64,000 bases of DNA, taken from Mytilus edulis. Taxonomy: Eukaryota. The stretch spans positions 48,980,001 to 49,044,000 of the forward strand of contig NC_092353.1 in NCBI RefSeq assembly GCF_963676685.1. The letters run 5' to 3'. The notes under the pieces were generated by a model. The model saw only the letters and a program-made list of their open reading frames with translations. It ran no database searches and had not been told where the DNA came from. The translations under genes and the position numbers were made by a program. Below are positions 39,101-49,165 of the stretch, piece by piece; position 1 is the stretch's first letter; each line of letters begins with the position of its first letter.

Positions 39101-42100
39101 AAAATTTTCGAAAAGTGCACGTTTTACTAATAAGGGGGAAATCAATGGTTGTTTAACACCTTGAAAAAACTGCTGGACTTGCATTATACTAACTATTGGT
39201 ATACATATGACAAAAATATTTCATCCAACCCAGACCTTTAAGATTAAATAAACAATTGTAGTGACTATAATGAAATAAACTCTTTGAAAACCCTTGCAAA
39301 AGTATAAAAATATTCTTGAGAAAAGATTAAATAGTTATGATAAAAAGGGTAAATTGAAACTTTATAAAAACAAAATGAAACAATGACCATAGCCCATACT
39401 GCATAATCAGCTTAAAAAGACCCCAAAATGATAAATGTAGAACATTTCTAGAAAACTAAAGGCCTAAGTCATGTACAAAAAAATTAACGAAACACAATAT
39501 GTTACACAGCAACAAACGACATCCACTGAATTACAGGCTTCTAACTAGGAACAGTAACAAACATACAGATAATAACGGGGTTAAACATGTTACAAAGATC
39601 CCAACCTCCCCTAACCTTGGACAGTACAACATAATGTTATTTTTTTTCTTTGTTTTATATGACAATAAAGATGTATAATTAATTATTAAAGCAATACAAA
39701 AATAAATATAAAGCAATTGTTTTGAAAACAATTGTTAGGCAGTCTTTCCCCTCTGATGAATGGATAATTGATTTTTTTTTATTGATTGATTTGGAAAAAA
39801 AGGGGGGGGGGTATTTGTTTATTTGTTTGTTTGTTTGCTTTGGTATGGGGTCTATATTATTATGTTACCGGAGAAGTGTCATGTTTAGTTTGGAAAGTTT
39901 TTCTTTTATTTTAGATACAGCGCGCGCGCAAGATTGAGGAGACATCACGTGACGCGGGTTTATATTAAGAAAAACTTAGTCTTTTAATTTCTTTTTAGGT
40001 CGGGACCTTGAACAGACAACAAGTCTAGAGATGGAATGTACACAATGTAATTTCTTTTGTCATTGTAGGAAATTGACCACAGTTCACCAGCAGTGCATGT
40101 TTTGGATTTAATCGATCCGGTGTAACTTTAAAACACATTTAATGATTATTTTTTGATAATGTCCATTTTTCAGCACCTGTTTGTAACACAGATTAGTATT
40201 TCAATCTCGGAGCGGACATTTTATTGTAGGTTTTTACTGAGATTGACGGACCTAGCAAGCGATTTTTACTGCATTGCCATTTCTTTTTTCTAGGAAAAGT
40301 CTTGAGAGATATCTGCAAAAAGTTTTTTTATGAACCTTCAGTACATGTATGCCCTGCTGACTGCAAATTTTCAGGTCGATTGGACTTGTAGTTTCAGAGA
40401 ATATGTGGATTTTTTTTTCAGAAGAGACGTAAGAACAATAATAAAATAAAAAATTTCTTGAATAATTGAGAGTTTGTTCCTTCAATAAACTGTCATAAAT
40501 AAACAGTCATACATATTGATTGATTGATTAGTTGGTTGATTGATTGGTTGGTTGGTTGGTTTGTTGGTTGGTTGATTAAACACGTTTGATAGGGTCACTT
40601 AGAACAAGGGGGAAAAGACCTCAAGAGACCTTGCATCCCGTATTAAACGCATGACACGGAAACATACATTAAGTGATTGATTGGTTGGTTGGTTGGTTGG
40701 TTGGTTAAACACGTTGGTTAAACATGTTGGTTTAACACGTTGGTTAAACACGTTGGCTGGTTAAACACGTTTGATAGGCTCAATTTAAACAAGCGAAAAA
40801 AAACCATCTTGGATCCCGTATTTAACACATGAAACGGAAACATGCATTGATTTATTTATTGGTTGGTTGGTTGGTTGGTTGGTTGGTTGGTTAAACACGT
40901 TGGTTAAACATGTCGGTTAAACACGTAGTTTAAACACGTTGGCTGGTTAAACACGTTTGATAGGCTTAATTTTAACAAACGAAAAAAAACCATCTCGGAT
41001 CCCGTATTTAACACATGAAACGGAAACATGCATTGATTGATTGATTGGTTGGTTAGTTGGTTAAACACGTTGGTTAAACACGTTGGTTAAACACATTGGA
41101 TAGGCTCAAAATTGGATCCCGTATTTAACACATGAAACGGCAACATGTATTGATTGATTGATTGATTGGTTGGTTGGTTAAACACGTTGGTTAAACATGT
41201 TGGTTAAACATGTTGGTTAAACACGTTGGTTAAACATATTGGTTAAACACGTTGGCTGGTTAAACACGTTGGATAGGCTCAATTTAAACAAGCGAAAAAA
41301 AAACAACATCTTGGATCCCGTATTTAACACATGAAACGGAAACATGCATTGATTGATTGATTGATTGATTGGTTGGGTGGTTGGTTGGTTAAACATGTTG
41401 GTTAAACACGTTGGTTAAACACGTTGGCTGGTTAAACACGTTAGATAGGCTCAATTTAAACAAGCGAAAAAAACCATCTTGGATCCCGTATTTAACACAT
41501 GAAACGCAAACATGCATTGATTGATTGATTGGTTGGTTGGTTGGTTGGTTGGTTGGTTGGTTGGTAAGTTGGTTAAACACGTTGGTTAAACACGTTGGCT
41601 GGTTAACACGTTAGATAGGCTCAATTTAAACGAGCGAAAAAAAACATCTTGGATCCCGTATTTAACACATGAAACGGAAACATGCATTGATTGATTGATT
41701 GATTGATTGGTTGGGTGGTTGGTTGGTTGGTTGGTTGGTTGGTTAAACATGTTGGTTAAACACGTTGGTTAAACACGTTGGCTGGTTAAACACGTTAGAT
41801 AGGCTCAATTTAAACGAGCGAAAAAAAAACATCTTGGATCCCGTATTTAACACATGAAACGGAAACATGCATTGATTGATTGATTGGTTGGTTGGTTGGT
41901 TGGTTAAACACGTTGGTTAAACACGTTAGTTAAACATATTTGTTAAATATGTTGGTTAAACACGTTTGATAGGCTTAATTAAAACAAGCGAAAAAAAAGA
42001 GACCTTGAATCCCGTATCAAACACATGAAACGGAAACATTGATTGATTGATTGATTAATTGATTGATTGGTTGGTTGGTTGGTTTGTTGGTTGGTTGATT

Positions 42101-43652
42101 GGTTGGTTGGTTGGTTGGTTGGTTGGTTGAAATTCAAACACACATAAAACTGTTTAAATAGTGCCAAAACCACATAATTTGATGACCTTGACCTTTGACC
42201 TTGTGACCTTCGTCAAGGTCATTGCTCTACAAGGTCATTGCAAAAGACCCTATGGGTCAAGGACCTTTGTTTAAGAGTTTTGCCTAAATATGGCTTTTTA
42301 AAAACCATCGATGGGAGTTATGTCCCTTACATGATGGTAAAATCAATATAGTCATAATGTAAAAAAGTTGCCCCTTGAAGTACTTAACATTTTTCACTGC
42401 TTAAATTTTCTGTATCTATAACCATTCAAGAATTATAGGGAAATCAAAGACATATGAAAATCTAAAATATGACCTTGACCTTTGACCTTGACCTAATTTT
42501 CTAAGTTAGGAATCAGGGGACTCAAATAAAAACATTCCAAGGTTATACGGTTAACGGTTTATGAGTTAAAAAAACATACCGACAAATTTATTCCGTAAAG
42601 ATAGATAACTCCTATAAAATTTCATCGAATCGCTTCGATCCAAATTTGCCAAAATTTTCTGAGGATGTAACGAACAATTTGTAAAAAGAATTTTGTCGCT
42701 ATCTTTTTTTGTTACGAAGGAGATGCACACACATGATAAACAGTGAATAGGGAGATAACTCTTACAGAGAAAATTGTTCGTCTTAGCAGGGTGAAATTTA
42801 AAAGCGCATAAACTATACGATACAATATGAGAAATATCTAAGCGACATATTGCGAAACAAACATTTATCGCAAGAACAAAAGTTGGCGGAAAAAAAAAAA
42901 TAATAATAATAATAATCAGAACAAATACAATAAGTCTTTCCACAGAAAAGTGGAAAGACTTAATTAAATGCAGTAATATATTAAACATTGATTCAATTTC
43001 AGGTAATGGTGATTATTTAAGACTGCGCTTCAGTCGAACAGAATTGTACTATTCCTACTTCATGTCAGATGATGAAACGACCTTAAGTAATTTTAAAACA
43101 GTTGAAACCTCAAAGAGTGTATCAGCACGATTATCGACTTACAGGGGGACGATTTCTGACACATGTTTAGGTGAAGATGCTTTGATTTATTATGAAGTAA
43201 ACTATACATATTCCATACGCTCTAAACTTGCCTCTTTTAGTACAAAAGATATATTGGAAGTTGGCATTGCTGAACGTTCAAATGTTGATAAATATAGCGA
43301 TGCTGGTGCTTCAGCAAGTGGATGGTCATTCTACATGTTTTATAGAGGAGTATGGTTTTCTCGTGCTAGACGATTTGTATACATAAATGCAAGGCATAAC
43401 GGAAGTAGCAAAACAAGTCAAATACTGTTTACAACTTATGCAGGTGAACAGTTACACGGCCAATTAAAAATTTTCATTAATACCCGTAGAAATGAGTTTA
43501 CTGTTATGCATGATGATTTGAAAGTTTATGTTTTTGAAGATGTTAAATCAAACGAAACGCTTTGTCCGGTATTTGGAGTATACAATCCTGACCATGTTAA
43601 CGTTCAACTAAAGATATTAAATTCTTTTAATTTTTCTATGTATCCCTGGTGA
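26823..43652 (+). CDS. Type II membrane protein: Tyr-motif tail - TM - Cys-rich stalk - B30.2/SPRY-like domain (gene 2)
   Basis: Exons 26823-27171 (ends phase 1, GTAAGT), 28369-28491 (1-1) and 43003-43652 (phase 1 start, stop TGA) join in frame. The last join, across a TE-filled 14.5 kb intron, is inferred. Confidence 0.65.
28369..28491 (+). CDS. Gene 2 exon 2: Cys-rich stalk
   Basis: ttttacAG | [40 protein letters not shown] | GTATGT. 123 nt, open, phase 1-1. Confidence 0.7.
31437..32245. mobile_element. Foldback/palindromic MITE, Tc1/mariner-like ends, with a 148 bp insertion
   Basis: TA|CAGTG...CACTG|TA ends. The ~326 bp arms meet at TTC/GAA (31919/31920) with no spacer. Insertion 31691-31838 is flanked by an ATTACCATA duplication. 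Confidence 0.85.
32250..33610 (-). mobile_element. Two tandem decayed Naiad/PLE 3'-end copies
   Basis: ~32250-32850 and ~32927-33610 align to 17906-18850. The first has a degenerate SECIS (~32733-32790). The second lacks that segment but keeps RT C-terminal remnants. Confidence 0.75.
34654..36198 (+). pseudogene. THAP-domain DDE_Tnp_4 (Harbinger/IS5-like) transposase, disrupted
   Basis: THAP C2CH (CAVNGC...W...VCSNHF), HTH (LLLVLMKLK...DLARRFGIS), DDE motifs (IIDCAE, GRASD, MADRGF, RIHVE). Frameshifts at ~34967, ~35190 and ~36020; stops at 35771 and ~36079. Confidence 0.88.
37401..38930 (-). pseudogene. SWIM zinc finger + YqaJ/lambda-exonuclease-like protein, disrupted
   Basis: WADDMRVWP...KSLQSYNY; C..SHVGALLW; TKGQS...W...R..ITAS; HG..QE; SSPDG; FEVKCP; YYMQIQL. 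Several frameshifts and stops. Confidence 0.82.
40515..42130. repeat. Compound satellite array (~9 units of ~115-200 bp with (ATTG)n/(GTTG)n and GGTTAAACACGTT subrepeats)
   Basis: Core ggatcccgtatttaacacatgaaacggaaacatgc at ~40633, 40811, 40997, 41114, 41313, 41481, 41651, 41836, 42007. Confidence 0.92.
42170..42963 (+). mobile_element. Helentron/DINE-like non-autonomous element 3' part
   Basis: TGACCTTGACC motifs, an (AAT)n tract, then a 13 bp stem hairpin taagtctttccac-agaaaa-gtggaaagactta (42931-42962). Related decayed copy at ~55400-56137. Confidence 0.55.
43003..43652 (+). CDS. B30.2/SPRY-like beta-sandwich domain exon
   Basis: tttcAG acceptor. [23 protein letters not shown]...YRGTISD...YYEV...LEVGIA...GWSF...LKIFIN...LCPVFGV resembles the PRY/SPRY pattern (YxEV, xVGI, LxPxF). 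650 nt with no stop. Confidence 0.7.
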
Positions 43653-46600
43653 TCACGGGTATAATCTTTCTAATTTTGTAATCTTTTGTCCGCGTCGAAA
43701 CTGACAGTTTCTTAGAATAGACCAATAACAACAAAGTTTGTAAGTGTGTTTTTGTTTAATGTGTAATAATTTAAGTTTGCTTGTAAGTTTCAAAACTGTT
43801 TTTTTATGCAATGTTTGGACTGTTCAAACTTTATCTAATTACCATGATTAAGATTCATAAGGAAAGTATTATTTATACTTGCTGTTCATATTTGTCACCC
43901 GCTGTGACATTTACAGGCGCATGGTGGAAATCGTCATTGTTAAGTCACGTAACGTAATCGGTGCACCTGTTAATGAATGTCCTTTTTTATCGTGCGGTAA
44001 ATTGAAGTTCATTTTTTTCAGAATCTTGAGGAAATTAAAATTTTATATTATAATACAAAAAAACAAATAAATCTTTTACATTAAATTATTTATTTAGATG
44101 AACATCCTGTTTAAAATCGCGTTGTAAATTCACAGTTTCTCCTGAATCGTTAATATTATTTTGATCATACAAAATAGTAATTATAATAATACCACGATTT
44201 ATATTAAAAGACATTATTTAAAAAATCAAAGTACCGAAAAATTATAACTTTACCGAATAGATTCCACCATTAACACCATGCTTATCAACAAAGTAGTCGT
44301 TAATTAAGCTATCAATAACCTGTTGTAGATTTTTTATATTTTATCATTTTATCTATATAATGAATCAAAAAAGGAATAGAACAGAGAGACAATCTGACTT
44401 AAACTTATTTATAATTTTAATAAATGATATCCTTGTTAATTTTGTATGATCCAGTCGTTGTTAACTCTCGACCAGTCCATTGTTATTATGTGCTGATAAT
44501 ATTGTCATTTATGTCTACCGCAGCTAAACGACGTCGGAGTAATCTTGATTGATTAAGTACTAATATTTTTAATATTGTCTTTTGACAATTAACGTTCGTA
44601 AACGTTCGTCTATGTAACAAGACAGGCAAGTATATCAAACATAATTTTTAGTTTAACGACATTCTTAACGATTTTGCTCAACATTGTTAATGTTGAGAAT
44701 CACCTCAAGTGCATCTGATTCTTTTTTTGTTTTTTTGTTCAAAGAGAATTGTATAGCAAGGCACTTACACCCCATCACATGGTACTCGTAATTCCAAAAT
44801 TAATAAACATCAATCATGTAATACTATTTGATTATTATATTAGACCTATTATTTTGTAAATATCATAAATTTGTGAATATTGAAAACCCTTTTACAGAAA
44901 GATAATCTTAGACTTCAACTGTAGATCAGGCAAATTATTAATAAAGGCAACAGTAGTATATAGATGTTTAAAAGTCATAAATCATTTGAGAGAAAGTACT
45001 GAACTCAAATTCAAAACGGAAAGTCTAGAATCAAATGGCAAAATTAAAAGCTCAAACACACTAACAGAATTGATAACAACTGTCATACTCCTGACTTGGT
45101 ACGGGCATTTTCTTATGTAGAAAATAGTGGATTGAACTGAAAGTTTTATAGCTAGCCAAACCTCTCACTTGTATGACAGTCGCATCAAATTCCAGTTCAG
45201 TCGAACATCTAAGTTTATTTACTTAATCTTTTATTTTAAAGAAGCGAGCAGCAGTTTTATATTACTTCGGTACATAAGGTATCCACAGATGACACTACTT
45301 AGAACAACATCACTGTCTTCACGCTATCCATTTTGAGTTTTCTTTTTCACGGTTAAAGATAACTTTTTTGAGTGTCACATGATAACCACATGATGATTTG
45401 AGAATGTTATGTTTGAAAACGAAAGCTCATATTGTCAACATACTAGCAAAACCACAAAATATAGCAAATTAAACTATTAAAGAGTAAAAAAGGTCTGTTT
45501 ATCAAAAGTTGAAATTGAGTATCATTTTCTCATTATTTTGAAAATATAGTATTAACCTACCTGCGTATATTAAAAAACTCATGTGTTCTTTCATGGTACT
45601 TTCATGGTAAGATATTATTCATTCGCCATTTTTAATTGGTTGTAATGACCCAACCTACTACGTCCGAGGTTAGTCATTTGACGTTGAAGAAAATATCAAT
45701 AGAAATACCTGCAAAACAGAACAACTACATGCTTATATACTGACAAAAAAAGTTAATTGGCTACGTTTCCTTCTGGATGTGGTTTTTTTTTTGTAAGGGT
45801 CGAATGAAAGCTTGCGTAATACAACATTTATCACAAATACATTTGTACATTCGTTTATAAAATAGAACCTTTATGGATTGTTAGGTGAGAATGTTTCATT
45901 GTTCTATGCATAGACTCCGTGTTTCAGACCGTCCCTTGACCTATATTAGTTTACTTTTATAAATTATGACTTGGATGGAGAGTTGTCTCATTGGCACTCA
46001 TCCACATCTTTCTATATCTAGCATCAATATTGACGACTTCAATTTACGATCGTGATTTATTTCGTTTTCTTCTTTTGTGTGAATCGCACATTTAAAAAAA
46101 AATGTTATTGTTATAGAATAAGCATTAACTTATAACTCTTCATAATGTTCTCCCATAATAAGGGAAATTGCGAATTGAAAAAAAAAAAAAAAAAAAAAAA
46201 ACTTGTACCTTAGCCCAGCATGGATATTTTCATCATGAGAATCAGTTAATAATCATAGATCCTCATTTAATTTAATTTAAAAAAAAAAAACATGTCTATT
46301 AGCAAGGACATATCAAAGGGTATGGTAATTCATGTACGTATACAATTCTTGTTAAATTTCATAGATTTTCATTTAATCATTTTGTTTACATGAAACAATA
46401 TACATTGTATATGAAATACGTTTTTCTAATATCATACCAACACCAGAGCAAGCATGCATTGCTATTGATAAAACGAAAACCTTTTATTTCTGTGAGGAAT
46501 CTTTGTACATATATCATTGATAGCAAGTGTACTGAACCATGGTAAACACTTTTACTGATCATTTGAAACATTTCTGCTTGAATTTCATCAAAGAAATAAA

Positions 46601-46671
46601 TTAATTAATAAAAATGTCTCTTGTTATATTTTCATCAGCAATTTAATAACAATAACGGTACTAATTTTTCT

Positions 46672-46715
46672 GCACCAGATGCGCATATCAACAATACATG
46701 TCTCTTCGGTGATGC
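46672..46715 (-). ncRNA. Degenerate type I hammerhead ribozyme (likely inactive)
   Basis: Same family as 49122-49165, but the core reads CCGAAGA...GAUA instead of CUGANGA...GAAA. Confidence 0.6.
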
Positions 46716-47014
46716 TCGTGGCCAAAATATTTGAAATCCAAAGCTTATATAAAAGATGAAGAGCTATAATCCAAACGTTCCAAAAAGTATAGCCAAATCC
46801 GTGAAAGGAATACTCTTGAACTGAGGCTAACATTATCAAGATGCTCGATTTCATGATTCACAACATATTTGTTATCAAAAGGACAAGGACAGTATCAAAA
46901 GGCTTTTGAACATTTCAAATGGCCTTGTCTATATTAAAGTATTCTTTTATAGGATATGTAAATTTATTTGAAATTACATCAATTGAAACAAGTACTATGG
47001 GCGATAAAAATGGT

Positions 47015-47660
47015 TGATATATGCAGTACCTTTATCATTTACTCACCGAAAACCAAAAAATGTTTTACAAATGCTGCACTTATATCATTTACTCACCCAA
47101 AACCAAAAAATGTTTTACATATGCTGCACACATATCATTTACTTACCGAAAACAAAAATATGTTTTATATATGCTGTACCTTTATCATTTACTCACCGAA
47201 AAACCAAAAAATGTTTGATATATGCTGCACCTTTATCATTAACTCACCGAAAACCAAAAACATGTTTCATACATGCTACACTTTTATCATTTACTCACCG
47301 AAAACCAAAACATGTTTTACATATGTTGCACACATATCATTTACTCACCGAAAACCTCAAAATGTTTTATATATACTGCACCTTTATCATTTACTCACCG
47401 AAAACCGAAAACTGTTTTATATATGCTGCAACTTTATCATTTACTCACCAAAAACCAAAAATTGTTTTATATATCCTGCACATTTATCATTTACTCACCG
47501 AAAACCAAAAAATGTTTTAAATATGCTGCACACATATTATTTACTTACCAAAAACCAAAAAAAATGTTTTATATATGCTGTACCTTTATCATTTACTCAC
47601 CGAAAACCAAAAAAATGTTTGATATATGCAGCACCTTTATCATTTACTCACCGAATACCT
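47015..47660. repeat. ~50 bp minisatellite, about 13 copies
   Basis: Unit is approximately atatgctgcacctttatcatttactcaccgaaaaccaaaaaatgttttat. Confidence 0.95.
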
Positions 47661-47694
47661 AAAACGAAACAAAATCATTTAGAAATTTGATTTT

Positions 47695-48510
47695 CAGGTA
47701 GGTCAGTTGAGAACAAAACTTAATGACAAAAGAGATGATTTCAGCTTCTCAATTCTAAACTTATTTTCATTTCTTTGTTCCAACATTCAAGCAGTGTCTG
47801 CATTTAGATTATGTATCAAGTTGAAACATTATTCTAGGCCTTGTATTTCCAATTCGACTTTTCAGAATCTAAAGAATCATGGGTAATTGCATTGTTCGTA
47901 CCCAATTATGAAAATAACGTCACTTTATTGGTTGAATTTCCATTGTTCATGATATTTTTAACCAATCACGACGTTTTGTTGTACACTTTTGAAAATATTA
48001 TCCAGGATGCGTTACATTCTGAATCGGCAAATTATGACTTTCTTGATAGAAGGTTGTGGTAACAAGGAAGCAATTAAACCAAGAGAGCCAAGTATTGATG
48101 TAGTAAGCATCCCTTTCAAATTGTACGGACGCCATTACGAGTTGGGTGACCATTAATGAATATCCGTTTCCCAGATGACGACGGATATGCTACAATTGAC
48201 GTTACCATAATCCCGTCATCTTTTTTTCCTGAATAATATCTAAAAAATTAAATTATTCATCAGGTTTGTAATGTAATGAACAACATGATAGGTGCCATAT
48301 GTGGCGCAGTAAATGTTCATCTGTTCTGAGCACATACAATAACCTCCCAATTGTGTTGATGTTCACGTTGCTCAGTTTTTAATCCTCTATGTTGCGTCTT
48401 GTATACTGTTGTCTTTTTGTGTTTTTTTTTCCTTTTTGCCATGTTGTTGTTGACTCATTTCTGACTCATGAGTTTGAATATCCCTTTGCAATCTTTCGCC
48501 TCTCTTTTTT
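47695..48510 (+). mobile_element. Old decayed PLE RT 3' fragment
   Basis: GQLRTKLNDKRDDFSFSILN and DFLDRRL remnants. A similar remnant lies at ~21880-22100. The 3' tail family also occurs at ~15440-15690(-), ~21350-21580, ~24670-24850, ~52060-52240, ~58410-58600(-). Confidence 0.6.
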
Positions 48511-48863
48511 AAAAGTAAAAGAATAACTTGTCTCGATAACTGATACAGTTGGAGATTTTTCTTCCTAACGTGTAAAAACATTGGGCCACTGATACTTTTT
48601 ATCTGAAAGCATCTTATACTATCGTATATAGACAGCTACTAACAATCAATGTTGATTAACATTTATTGAGATGCATATTATTTGTGAATTTTGATTGCTG
48701 TATATATAAATGTGCATATGGTCTCTTCATTTGAAAAATGTATGGGAACTTTATACCCGTAAAGATGTTTAGATTCCGTAAACAAAGGTGTATCTTTATT
48801 TTTTTCTTAAAACATATACCTAATAAACTCATCATAGATACCAGAATTGAAATTTCATATTTA

Positions 48864-48905
48864 CGCCAGACGTGCGTTTCGTCTATAAAAGACTCATCAG
48901 TGACG
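48864..48905 (-). ncRNA. Minimal type I hammerhead ribozyme (PLE/retrozyme-type)
   Basis: Minus strand: cguca CUGAUGA gucu uuuau agac GAAA c gcac GUC uggcg. Intact core, stems I and II, short stem III, GUC cleavage site. Confidence 0.82.
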
Positions 48906-49121
48906 CTCGAATAAACAAAAGTTAAAAAGGTAAAAAAAAGTACAAAGTTGAAGAGCATTGAGGACCAAACATTCTTAAAATGTCTGACAAATACAGCTTA
49001 GGTAATCTATTTCCAATTACAGATGGATTGTCAGTTTATACGCATTTCAACTGATTTCTATTCCTCCATTTCGTTTTCCCTTTCAATAGTACTCTCTGAG
49101 TTCCACATATTTTGGCCACGA

Positions 49122-49165
49122 GCATCACTGAAGAGACATGTATTGTCGAAATGCGCATATGGTGC
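49122..49165 (+). ncRNA. Minimal type I hammerhead ribozyme (second family)
   Basis: gcauca CUGAAGA gaca uguau uguc GAAA u gcgc AUA uggugc. Intact core, palindromic AUGCGCAU stem III, AUA cleavage site. Confidence 0.8.

Larger units (their letters stand above)
33789..39237. mobile_element. Putative TTAA-flanked non-autonomous DNA transposon (Kolobok-like) hosting the ISL2EU element
   Basis: TTAA|AGGTCCAGGG at 33785 and CCCAGACCT|TTAA at 39229-39241 form short imperfect TIRs. About 0.9 kb remains once the nested element is removed. Confidence 0.4.

Noticed and set aside
40515-42130. CRISPR array, or NQPT-repeat proteins (ORFs 41389-41580, 41979-42173)
   Set aside because: The variable parts are microsatellite runs, not spacers. 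The ORFs are translations of (GTTG)n.
47015-47660. CRISPR-like array or repetitive protein gene (ORFs 46968-47690 etc.)
   Set aside because: Contiguous tandem units with no unique spacers, no cas genes and a eukaryotic context. The ORFs are a by-product of a stop-poor unit.
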